A stretch of 64,000 nt of DNA, taken from assembly GCA_041854705.1 (NCBI GenBank), contig JBHACV010000037.1:16749-80748 (forward strand), in the 5' to 3' direction. The DNA comes from Corynebacterium sp. (GTDB taxonomy: Bacteria > Actinomycetota > Actinomycetes > Mycobacteriales > Mycobacteriaceae). The translations under genes were made by a program, and so were the position numbers. Below, in pieces: positions 1 through 8,587 of this stretch (its first letter is position 1; the number at the start of each line of letters is the position of its first letter). The notes under the pieces were generated by a model. The model was not told the DNA's origin. It saw only the letters and a list, made by a program, of their open reading frames with translations, and did no database searches.

Positions 1-2367
1 CAACTGGTAATCGTTGTCGAAGAGCCCGGTGACCAACCAGTCGAATACCATCACCAAGGTCTATGGCCAATCAGATTACAAGTTCGCTCCGGCGTTGATG
101 CCCCCATCCCAATCAGATTAAAGGAATTCGATTCCACCACCCGCACCCGCCTGGAGGGACTACGTCGAGAAGCGGTACTTGCCTGCCCGCTTATCGACGC
201 CACCCGTGACCTACACCCCACCCACCCCGCACGTATCTCACCACTGATGGCCACAGTCTCCAGTGGTCCAACCGTCGGTGATTGGGATGTGTATTTCTCC
301 ACCGAAGAACTGGTTAGCTTCATCGGTAACTATGCCACCAGATTGCAAGACCGCGGATTCGTAGTCATGCTGCCCAAGGCCTGGAGCAAGCAAGAAACCA
401 CCGCTAGTCTTCGGCTGACCGAATCTGGTCAAACTCCAACCGAGTCCAGATTAGGGATGGACCAGATTGTATCCTTCGACTGGCATATCAGCGTCGGCGA
501 CATCACCCTAACGGATGCCGAAATGGCGCAGTTAATCACCTCCAAATCTGGCCTGATTAGGTTGCGGGGTGACTGGGTAATGGCAGACACCGCAGTGGTG
601 CGTTCTGTTGCTGAATATATTGCAAAGCTGAAACAATCATCGGCCAAGCGGCTCAAAGCAGAACTGGCAACGCTTGGCATGCAGATCGAGCTAGCCACCA
701 TGCGTGGCGAAGACACTACTGAGCTCAAAACCAAATATGACCAGATTGTGGCAGATTTGGAAACCGAAACCCCGAAAGCAGCTGCGCTGAAAGAGTTACG
801 GGAGCTTGCCCTCCAATCTGAACTCACACAACCAGTGGAGATCCGCGGCAACGAGTGGTACCGCAGCCTGATTGGGGGGAGTCTCACCCAAGATCTGCCT
901 GCCCCCACCCGCCAACAAATTCCAGCAACAGTCACCGCTGAACTGCGCGACTACCAGCGTCGTGGTGTTGATTGGCTGTACTGGATGAGCAGCCAACATC
1001 TAGGGGCAATCCTGGCCGACGACATGGGATTGGGCAAAACCCTGCAGCTGCTTGCTCTTGAGGCAGTTGAGCGCAATAAAGCAGATCAGCTGGCATCGCT
1101 GGTTATCGTACCCACCTCGGTAGTGGGCAATTGGGCACACGAGGCACAAAAGTTCGTCCCCAATCTGAAGGTTCTGGTTCATCATGGAGCGAACCGGAAG
1201 TCAGGGAAACAACTGGCAACAGCCGTAGCTGAACATGATCTGGTTATCACTTCTTATGGCACCGCCACCCGAGATGTATTGGACCTCGCCCAGATTAGGT
1301 GGCACCGAGTCTGCCTTGACGAAGCCCAACACATCAAAAACTCCAGCACCAAGGTGGCCAAAGCGGTGCGCGCTTTACCCGCCGATCACCGGATTGCCCT
1401 GACCGGTACCCCAGTGGAAAACCGACTGCTGGAACTCCGAGCATTGCTAGACTTCTGCAACCCAGGGATTTTAGGGTCAGTGTCATTTTTCAAAAATCAC
1501 TTCGCAAAAGCAATCGAGACCACCCACGACGAGGAGAAAAGCGAGCAGCTGCGTAATCTGACCGCCCCATTCATCCTGCGGAGGTTGAAAACCGATCCAG
1601 CTATTAGCCCAGACCTGCCGGAAAAAACCGAAAACGTCATTACTGTCACCATGCCCACCGAACAGGCAGCGCTGTACAAAGCCTACGTTGAAGATCTCAA
1701 AACCAGATTGGAGCAGGCGCGTGGCATGGGCCGCAAAGGTCTAGTGCTCGCGTCCCTGACCAAAATCAAGCAGATTTGCAACCATCCGGCGCATTTTTTG
1801 GGAGACGGATCAGCGATCACCATCAAAGGACGGCACCGCTCGGGAAAAATCGAAAAACTCATGGAACTTCTGACAGATGCCAGACTTTCCGGACAGAAAG
1901 TGCTGATCTTCACCCAGTACCGCGCCTTCGGTGATCTAATCCAACCCTATATTTCTGATTTCTATGGTGAACCCATTCCATTCCTCCACGGTGGGGTGAA
2001 CAAAGACCGCCGAGATCAAATGGTGCACAACTTCCAATCTGAAACTGGTGCCCCGGCAATGATCCTATCGCTGAAGGCAGGTGGCACAGGTCTCAATCTA
2101 ACCAATGCGAATGTAGTGATCCACATGGACCGTTGGTGGAATCCGGCAGTTGAAAACCAGGCCACCGACCGCGCCTACCGAATCGGACAAAACAAAGATG
2201 TTTTTGTGTATAAACTAATCACCACCGGAACGCTAGAAGAACGTATCCATGACATCATCACCGGCAAATCAGACCTTGCTAATGCGATGGTCGCTCAGGG
2301 CGAAGGCTGGCTGACAGAGCTATCCAATGAACAACTAGCAACCCTACTGAGCTATCGGGAGAACTAA
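1..2367 (+). CDS. SNF2/SWI2-family helicase-like ATPase (5' end outside window)
   Basis: Frame is open from base 1 (QLVIVVEEPG...) into the 247..2367 ORF; motifs ADDMGLGKT (Walker A), DEAQHIKN (Walker B), TGTP, QATDRAYRIGQ. Confidence 0.93.
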   Translation, partial: QLVIVVEEPGDQPVEYHHQGLWPIRLQVRSGVDAPIPIRLKEFDSTTRTRLEGLRREAVLACPLIDATRDLHPTHPARISPLMATVSSGPTVGDWDVYFSTEELVSFIGNYATRLQDRGFVVMLPKAWSKQETTASLRLTESGQTPTESRLGMDQIVSFDWHISVGDITLTDAEMAQLITSKSGLIRLRGDWVMADTAVVRSVAEYIAKLKQSSAKRLKAELATLGMQIELATMRGEDTTELKTKYDQIVADLETETPKAAALKELRELALQSELTQPVEIRGNEWYRSLIGGSLTQDLPAPTRQQIPATVTAELRDYQRRGVDWLYWMSSQHLGAILADDMGLGKTLQLLALEAVERNKADQLASLVIVPTSVVGNWAHEAQKFVPNLKVLVHHGANRKSGKQLATAVAEHDLVITSYGTATRDVLDLAQIRWHRVCLDEAQHIKNSSTKVAKAVRALPADHRIALTGTPVENRLLELRALLDFCNPGILGSVSFFKNHFAKAIETTHDEEKSEQLRNLTAPFILRRLKTDPAISPDLPEKTENVITVTMPTEQAALYKAYVEDLKTRLEQARGMGRKGLVLASLTKIKQICNHPAHFLGDGSAITIKGRHRSGKIEKLMELLTDARLSGQKVLIFTQYRAFGDLIQPYISDFYGEPIPFLHGGVNKDRRDQMVHNFQSETGAPAMILSLKAGGTGLNLTNANVVIHMDRWWNPAVENQATDRAYRIGQNKDVFVYKLITTGTLEERIHDIITGKSDLANAMVAQGEGWLTELSNEQLATLLSYREN

Positions 2368-2371
2368 AACT

Positions 2372-3190
2372 ATGACACCGAAGCGAACACGGCCGAAAAA
2401 AGGCAACGTCATTTACGCCAACTTCGGCGCTCATCGAAAAATCAGTACTGACACAGACTCTGCACGGATAGTCCAGATTGGGCGGGGACAAGGAGACGCC
2501 GCAAAATGGCTAGCCAACCTGATCCAGACCCGAGCCGAATCAGGCCGAGCAAAACGCGGCCTAGGGTACTACCGCGCCGGGCACGTGCTGAACTTTTCGG
2601 CTGGCGCAGGTCGAATCACTGCCAATGTGATGGGGTCGCAAAACATACCGTTTGAGGTGTCGCTGTCGTTTCCACACCGAGTGCCTGAGGATTTCCAGGC
2701 GGTGGCAAGCCTGATTGCAGCTGATGCCAATGGAATTGGCCGGATCAAGGGCGGCACCCTAGGGCCAGATTTATTACGGCTATTGCTTGCTGACGCGCCA
2801 GAGGGCGTCCGATTGTGGTGTTCTTGCCCAGATCCGGAGGAATGCTGCAAACACGTGGTGGCGGTGGCGCATCAGGGGATCGATCAGTTTGATGCGGACC
2901 CCAATCTGGTTTTTCAGTTGCGCTCAACCAGTATTGCTGAGTTTGAACAAACAACACTGCTATTGGCCAAAAAAATCTCAGTTACCCATGCCACCGATAG
3001 TCCTGATGCATTTTGGTCTGGGGGCCAGCTGCCGCCGTTGCCGACGCCAAAGACGCAATCCGCGCTGGAGGATTCTGATCTGCATCTGCTCCACAACGCT
3101 ATCCGAGTGATTTCTTATAGCAGTGTTGATGAGTTGCGCGGGGTGGCAGATTTAGAAGATCTCTACGACTACCTCACTCACGACCGATAA
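2372..3190 (+). CDS. SWIM zinc-finger protein
   Basis: CSCPDPEECCKH matches the CxC-x(n)-CxH SWIM motif; starts 4 nt after the SNF2 stop. Confidence 0.85.
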   Translation: MTPKRTRPKKGNVIYANFGAHRKISTDTDSARIVQIGRGQGDAAKWLANLIQTRAESGRAKRGLGYYRAGHVLNFSAGAGRITANVMGSQNIPFEVSLSFPHRVPEDFQAVASLIAADANGIGRIKGGTLGPDLLRLLLADAPEGVRLWCSCPDPEECCKHVVAVAHQGIDQFDADPNLVFQLRSTSIAEFEQTTLLLAKKISVTHATDSPDAFWSGGQLPPLPTPKTQSALEDSDLHLLHNAIRVISYSSVDELRGVADLEDLYDYLTHDR

Positions 3191-3213
3191 TTTTCAATGC
3201 TAGAAAGGAGGCT

Positions 3214-4359
3214 ATGCGTGTCAAATTTCTGCACAGCTCTGATTTTCAGATTGGGATGACTCGCTGGTTTCTCACCGATACTGACGATGCCCAAGCGCGT
3301 TTCGATGCTGCCCGTAAACAGGCCATCACCCGTCTGGGGGAACTTGCTATTGCACACGAGTGCAATTTTATTGTGGTTGCTGGTGATGTATTTGAACACA
3401 ATGCCATTAACACCGCCACTAAAAAGCGCGCAATCGCAGCGCTTGCGGATTTGCCGATGGATGTGTATCTCCTACCAGGGAACCATGACCCAGCAAACGC
3501 CGGTAGCATTCTCACAGAGTTGGAGCAGTTCAGTAACCTCCATGTGCTCATGGATACCACACCACAGAAAACCGCCAAGGGGGAAGCCCAGATTATTGGG
3601 GCACCATGGTTGAGCAAAACTCCTACCACAGATCTGGCTGCTCAGGCGTTGATGGGTCTGACACCAACCACAGACATTCGGATTTTGGTGGCGCATGGGC
3701 AGGTGGAAAACCGCAGCAATGAAATCAAGCCTGATTTAATTGATCTACCCAATCTGGAAGCAGCACTTGCCAGGGGGGTGATTGATTATGTGGCTCTGGG
3801 TGACACCCACTCAGCCCAATCAATTGGTGAAACCGGTGCGGTGTGGTTCTCCGGTTCCCCAGAAGTGACGGACTTTAAGGAAGTCCCAGTAGGCGGGGGA
3901 GAGCAGAATTCTGGCAAGGCGCTAGTAGTAAGCGTCGAAAAGCTAGCGGGGGAAAGCGCGACTGTGACCGTGGAGGAAGTCCAGATTGGGACGTGGGTGT
4001 TTGACGCCATCGACTATGAGCTATACACCCGCCAAGACGTTGCAGACTTCATTGCGTTGCTCGAAAGCTACCCGAATAAGGATGAGACAGTAATCAAGTA
4101 CAGTCTGCGTGGTGAGTTGGATATTGTCACTCGGCAGTTGCTGGAGCAGCAGTTGGCGGAGCTTGCGCCACTGTTTGCTAATCTGTATCCACGGTTGCGC
4201 ACAACCGATTTACGCACCCGTGCTAGCGAAGATGCCATTGCCGAACTTCAGCTCAGCGGCTTTGGCTTGGCGACGGTTAAGGAACTCCAACAGTCGTCAG
4301 ACCCAGCGGCCGAGGACGCATTGAGTTTGCTGTTCCGGTTGTCGCAAGGAGGGAAATGA
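3214..4359 (+). CDS. sbcD: SbcD/Mre11-like metallophosphoesterase nuclease
   Basis: Calcineurin-like motifs HSSDFQIG, VAGDVFE, PGNHD, AHG, LGDTHS; AGGAGG RBS. Confidence 0.88.
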   Translation: MRVKFLHSSDFQIGMTRWFLTDTDDAQARFDAARKQAITRLGELAIAHECNFIVVAGDVFEHNAINTATKKRAIAALADLPMDVYLLPGNHDPANAGSILTELEQFSNLHVLMDTTPQKTAKGEAQIIGAPWLSKTPTTDLAAQALMGLTPTTDIRILVAHGQVENRSNEIKPDLIDLPNLEAALARGVIDYVALGDTHSAQSIGETGAVWFSGSPEVTDFKEVPVGGGEQNSGKALVVSVEKLAGESATVTVEEVQIGTWVFDAIDYELYTRQDVADFIALLESYPNKDETVIKYSLRGELDIVTRQLLEQQLAELAPLFANLYPRLRTTDLRTRASEDAIAELQLSGFGLATVKELQQSSDPAAEDALSLLFRLSQGGK

Positions 4360-4360
4360 C

Positions 4361-6985
4361 ATGCGGATTACGGATCTAGAGATTACCGATTTTAAAACTC
4401 TTGAGCATTTCCAATGGGGTCCGATCCCAGATACCGGGGTGTTCGTGGTGCATGGTGATAATGAACAGGGCAAATCCACCATTTTAGAAGCTGTGCATCA
4501 GGTGCTGTTTATTAAACATGGATCGCGCGCTGGTACGGTGCGTGCTAGCCAACCGTTGGGCAGAGATGTGGGTCCGCAGGTGCGAATCAATCTGGACTTT
4601 GGTGGAATCAATTGTCAGTTAACCAAACAATGGCTACGTGGTGCCAAAGCTGAACTAACAATAGCTGGAGAAGGGTCCTACACCGGAGCACGGGCTGAAG
4701 ATCGTTTTACCGAACTGTTCCAAGAACACATTGACACCAATCTGTTTGAGGTGCTGTTTAATCGGCAGGGTGAGCTGTCGACCACCATTGGTGCTGGCGG
4801 GATTGCACCATTACAGCAGGCGCTTGGCGAGCAGTCTGCTAGCTCCGATGACCTGATTCAGTTGGCAGGGGAATCAGGGGAGTTGCTCGCCCGGGTGACC
4901 GAGGAATACGAAAAGTACTATTCGCTGAAGACTGGTCGGCCAGGTAAAGCACTCAAACAAGCTGAGTCCAGATTGGGGCAAGCTTCCGAGCGCCAAGCAG
5001 AAGCAGCCGCAAAACTTGCTGCCTTAGAAGAGCACATCGCACAGGTGGAACGAATCCAACAGGCGAGTGCTCAAGCCGAGTCAGAATTACCAGCTGCAAT
5101 CACCACAAAACAGGAATTGGATGCTGAACTGGAAACAGCTAAGCAGATCGCCGAGGAAGTAACGCGGCTGGGGCACGAAACCAGATTGGCACAGCAGCAA
5201 CTGACCATGAAACAGGCGGAGCTGAATCAGCGTGAAGAGTTAAACCAACGAATCGCGCAAGCGACTGCTCGGGTGGCTACCCTCACCGCCGAAGTAACTA
5301 AGTCACAGGCTGCGGCAGAAACAGAACGCGAACAATTATCTCAGTTGGCGACCAGATTAGAGCAGGCATTGATTACGGAACGTTCCTGTAGTCACCAACT
5401 ACAGCAAGCCAAATCGGTGATGGAAGCGGTCTTGACCGCGACTCGGCGTGCAGAGCTGGAAAAAACACTGTCGGTAGTAGTGGATTTGGATACTAAAATT
5501 CGTGCGCTTGGGAATCCAAAAGAAGTGTCTGAGGCAACAATCGAAGCGCTTGAGCTAGTAGAACAAGAGGTGTTATTGGCTCGGCATACCCTGAATCTGA
5601 AAGCGGCGAAGTTGGAAATTTCGGCCACTACTCCAACAGATGTCAGTATTGACGGGCAGGTGTTGGAATTACGTGAACCAGTAGAGCGCGAGATTGCTAC
5701 CCCCACCACGCTTGTGGTTGGTGCGGTGACCGCAACTATCAGCCCAGGTGCTGGCACCAAAGAAAGCGCCCAACTGTTACACGAAGCTGAACGGAAACAG
5801 CAGGAAGCTGTGGCGGAGTTTGGTTTTCCGAATGCTACCGCGGCACGTCGCGGTAGGGAAGAATATCTTTCTGCGCAGCAACAACTGAAACATCTCAGAT
5901 TACAGCGGGCTGAGATGTTAAAAGATCGCAATCTGGAAGACATCCAGGCGGAGCTATCTGAAGAGTTCGAACCAGTCAACCAAGATCTAGAATCGGCGCG
6001 ACAACAACTGCACGCGGTCGAGCAGGCCCTAGCCCAAGCCCAATCAGAACGCGAAGCGGCCAGTGCTGAGAACAACCAGATGCAGGAACGCCAGGCGGAG
6101 CGAGATTATATTGCCAAAGCAGCGGTACTAAAAGAAGCTGAAATTGCCTTGACTGAGGTGCAGCAGCAGTTGCAACAAGCAGAAGCAGATATCACCACGG
6201 AGCAACTACAGGTGGCATTGGACCAAGCTGCAACGGCGTTAGCAGTAGCCCGAGCGAAGGAGGAGGCCAGCCAATCTGAACTGCAGGCGATTGATATGGA
6301 GTCGAAGCAACAATTAGCAGCAGCCGCAACTGCACGGTTGACACATCTGGAGCAAACGATTGCGACCGCGGAAAAAGACATTGCTGCGCAGCAAAGCTAT
6401 ATCGATGCTTATGCAGGAGCAGCCGGGGAACTGGATCTAGCTGAGGCGGAGTTAACGGTGGCGCGTCGTCACGAAGAGGCTTTGACCCGACGGGCAAAAG
6501 CAGCGAAATTACTGTATGAGGTAATGGTTGCTAAGCAGCAAGAGGCTCATACCCGGTATTCGGGCCCGTTGATTGCTGAGCTGGTGCGCTTGTCTAAACC
6601 AGTGTTTGGGGCAGGAGTGAACTATCTGTTATCAGATTCCTTGGAAGTTACCCAGCGAGTAGGGGAGCGAGGGGAAGTAGTGGATGTGTCGGCACTTTCC
6701 GGTGGCGCACAGGAGCAATTAGCGATCTTGATTCGGTTTGCGGTTGCTTCACTGGCCGCTGGTGCACAAGGTGAGGCGGCGCCAGTGTTTTTTGATGATG
6801 CCTTGGGATCAACCGATCCAGGTCGGCTACTGGCTATGGGAGCGGTTTTTTCTGAGATGGGGAAGAGTCGCCAAGTGTTTGTTTTTACCTGTGTGCCAAA
6901 TCGTTATGGAGCTGTTATTGGTCGGATAGACACCCCCATCCGGGAATTGTTACAAAAATCACATTCAGCAAGAATGAGGTCCTGA
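4361..6985 (+). CDS. SbcC/Rad50-like (YhaN-type) coiled-coil ABC ATPase
   Basis: Walker A GDNEQGKST, long A/E/Q/L coiled coil, signature LSGGAQEQ, Walker B/D-loop VFFDDALGSTD. Confidence 0.87.
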   Translation: MRITDLEITDFKTLEHFQWGPIPDTGVFVVHGDNEQGKSTILEAVHQVLFIKHGSRAGTVRASQPLGRDVGPQVRINLDFGGINCQLTKQWLRGAKAELTIAGEGSYTGARAEDRFTELFQEHIDTNLFEVLFNRQGELSTTIGAGGIAPLQQALGEQSASSDDLIQLAGESGELLARVTEEYEKYYSLKTGRPGKALKQAESRLGQASERQAEAAAKLAALEEHIAQVERIQQASAQAESELPAAITTKQELDAELETAKQIAEEVTRLGHETRLAQQQLTMKQAELNQREELNQRIAQATARVATLTAEVTKSQAAAETEREQLSQLATRLEQALITERSCSHQLQQAKSVMEAVLTATRRAELEKTLSVVVDLDTKIRALGNPKEVSEATIEALELVEQEVLLARHTLNLKAAKLEISATTPTDVSIDGQVLELREPVEREIATPTTLVVGAVTATISPGAGTKESAQLLHEAERKQQEAVAEFGFPNATAARRGREEYLSAQQQLKHLRLQRAEMLKDRNLEDIQAELSEEFEPVNQDLESARQQLHAVEQALAQAQSEREAASAENNQMQERQAERDYIAKAAVLKEAEIALTEVQQQLQQAEADITTEQLQVALDQAATALAVARAKEEASQSELQAIDMESKQQLAAAATARLTHLEQTIATAEKDIAAQQSYIDAYAGAAGELDLAEAELTVARRHEEALTRRAKAAKLLYEVMVAKQQEAHTRYSGPLIAELVRLSKPVFGAGVNYLLSDSLEVTQRVGERGEVVDVSALSGGAQEQLAILIRFAVASLAAGAQGEAAPVFFDDALGSTDPGRLLAMGAVFSEMGKSRQVFVFTCVPNRYGAVIGRIDTPIRELLQKSHSARMRS

Positions 6986-7142
6986 ACTGGAGTGATAGAT
7001 CTTTATGCATTTTATGCGTAGTCCTTTAAATTACACTATTGTGCTGCAAAATTGCGTATTTGTCACCAAGTTGTATTTGCAGGTCACTGTGACAGAATTT
7101 AAACGACGTATTTCTTCTCGTGATGCGGTTAAATAAGTAGTC

Positions 7143-7619
7143 ATGACAACACCACGATGGCTCAGCGATGATGAACAGAAGTTTTGGAGACTCATGCTTG
7201 CGGCGACGAGAAAAGTTGAGCATCATATCGACAATGTTTTACAAGACTGTCACAATCTAACTACTTCGGAATTTGCAGTCTTAGTAAGTCTCTCAGAATC
7301 TCCAGAGCAAGAAATTAGGTTGCGTGATTTGTGTGCTTCTCTTGACTGGGATCGAAGTCGAACTTCCCATCAGGTCACCCGAATGGAAAAGCGCGGCTTA
7401 GTAACTAAACAAAAATGCGCCGGTGATGCGCGTGGCATCATTATTGAACTCACTGAAGAAGGGGAGCGCCGTCTGCGCGAGGCTGCCCCTAGTCATGTTG
7501 AATCTGTTCGGGAAGTTGTGTTTGACTGCCTTGACGAGGCGTTGAAAGAACCTGTGGGTCAATTTATGCAAAACATTGTCGATCAGCCACTACGGTTGGG
7601 ACGCGAGCAAAAACGATAG
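7143..7619 (+). CDS. rosR: MarR-family redox-sensing regulator, RosR orthologue
   Basis: MTTPRWLS...WDRSRTSHQVTRMEKRGLV..KCAGDARG closely resembles C. glutamicum RosR; Cys64 and Cys92 present; syntenic position. Confidence 0.85.
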   Translation: MTTPRWLSDDEQKFWRLMLAATRKVEHHIDNVLQDCHNLTTSEFAVLVSLSESPEQEIRLRDLCASLDWDRSRTSHQVTRMEKRGLVTKQKCAGDARGIIIELTEEGERRLREAAPSHVESVREVVFDCLDEALKEPVGQFMQNIVDQPLRLGREQKR

Positions 7620-7643
7620 TCTTTTCATTCTTAGGTTTCATTG

Positions 7644-7672
7644 ATCCCGCCGCCGACAAAAGGTGGCGGGAT
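7644..7672 (+). terminator. Intrinsic terminator after rosR
   Basis: ATCCCGCCGCC-gacaaaa-GGTGGCGGGAT followed by tcactttt. Confidence 0.65.
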
Positions 7673-7756
7673 TCACTTTTGCGCTGCAATGCTTGTCGAC
7701 GCCTTAAGCTAGGCTGGGAATAACTAAAAATAGCCTGTGCAGGGTATTTTTAAATT

Positions 7757-8029
7757 ATGAAAAAAATGATGACCCCAGCATTAGTCATGTTGGGAATTGG
7801 TGTGGTGTGGACCATTGCCATCATTATTACCGTCGTTGTATTCAAAGCGGAACCTTCTATCCCATCATGTGTCATCGTGGGGCTCGGTTATGGTCTTGGC
7901 CTACCCGGATTGTGGCTGTGGAAGGGATCGCACAATAATGACGACACCGCCATTAGGGTTGCTGGCGTTGCCGCCTACATTCTGACCATTGGCATTAGTG
8001 GGATTGTCGCCTATCTAACCGCGGCCTAG
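7757..8029 (+). CDS. Small hypothetical membrane protein (about 3 TM helices)
   Basis: 90 aa with three hydrophobic segments; occupies the gap between rosR and pspC. Confidence 0.7.
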   Translation: MKKMMTPALVMLGIGVVWTIAIIITVVVFKAEPSIPSCVIVGLGYGLGLPGLWLWKGSHNNDDTAIRVAGVAAYILTIGISGIVAYLTAA

Positions 8030-8136
8030 AGCAATATCAGGGTATTTTTCAGGGCAACCCCCGATTCCTCCAATCTGGATAACCGGAATACTAGAAGGTG
8101 AACAAAGAAACACCAACATCGGTTAGGAGCCCGATC

Positions 8137-8358
8137 ATGACTTACAACCTAAACACCAACAATGTCAGCGGACCATTGCAGCGTCGCTTGCACCGGAGCC
8201 AAACTGATCGCTTCGTGGCTGGCGTACTTGGTGGTTTTGCTGAAACGTATGGCTGGAACTCAACCCTATTGCGTGTCTTATTCATTGCCAGCTTTTTATT
8301 GCCTGGTCCTCAGTTTATTTTTTACTTAGCGGCCTGGGTTATTATGCCTGAAAGCTAA
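8137..8358 (+). CDS. PspC-domain membrane protein
   Basis: LHRSQTDRFVAGVLGGFAETYGWNSTLLRVLF...YLAAWVIMP is the PspC signature; AGGAG RBS at 8125-8129 favours ATG 8137. Confidence 0.88.
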   Translation: MTYNLNTNNVSGPLQRRLHRSQTDRFVAGVLGGFAETYGWNSTLLRVLFIASFLLPGPQFIFYLAAWVIMPES

Positions 8359-8379
8359 CGAGCCTCCAGCTTATGAGCG

Positions 8380-8415
8380 AAACGACATCTCCTAGAGTTA
8401 GAGGAGATGTCGTTT
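8380..8415. terminator. Bidirectional terminator between pspC and tRNA-Arg
   Basis: AAACGACATCTCCT-8 nt-AGGAGATGTCGTTT perfect 14-bp stem, T-run on + strand. Confidence 0.75.
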
Positions 8416-8421
8416 TTGCTG

Positions 8422-8494
8422 TGTCCCCGACAGGATTCGAACCTGCGACCTTTGGTACCGGAAACCAATGCTCTATCCACTGAGCTACGGAGAC
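8422..8494 (-). tRNA. tRNA-Arg(CCG)
   Basis: Reverse complement GTCTCCGTAGCTCAGTGGATAGAGCA TTGGT TTCCGGT ACCAA AGGTCGCAGGTTCGAATCCTGTCGGGGACA; anticodon CCG, T-loop GTTCGAATC; CCA not encoded. Confidence 0.96.
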
Positions 8495-8587
8495 TAGTGT
8501 GCCGCCTGCCTTTAACGGCGGCAACGCTTTGAAATCTTAGCACCCCCACGTGCGAATGACGAACCCACACGAAGGGGCAGGTTTTGG

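Noticed and set aside
8422-8494. tRNA-Arg as an integration site for a genomic island
   Set aside because: No integrase and no duplicated tRNA 3' end (att) found in the window
8342-8570. ORFs 8342..8524 (-) and 8355..8570 (-)
   Set aside because: They overlap tRNA-Arg and its terminator; shadow frames
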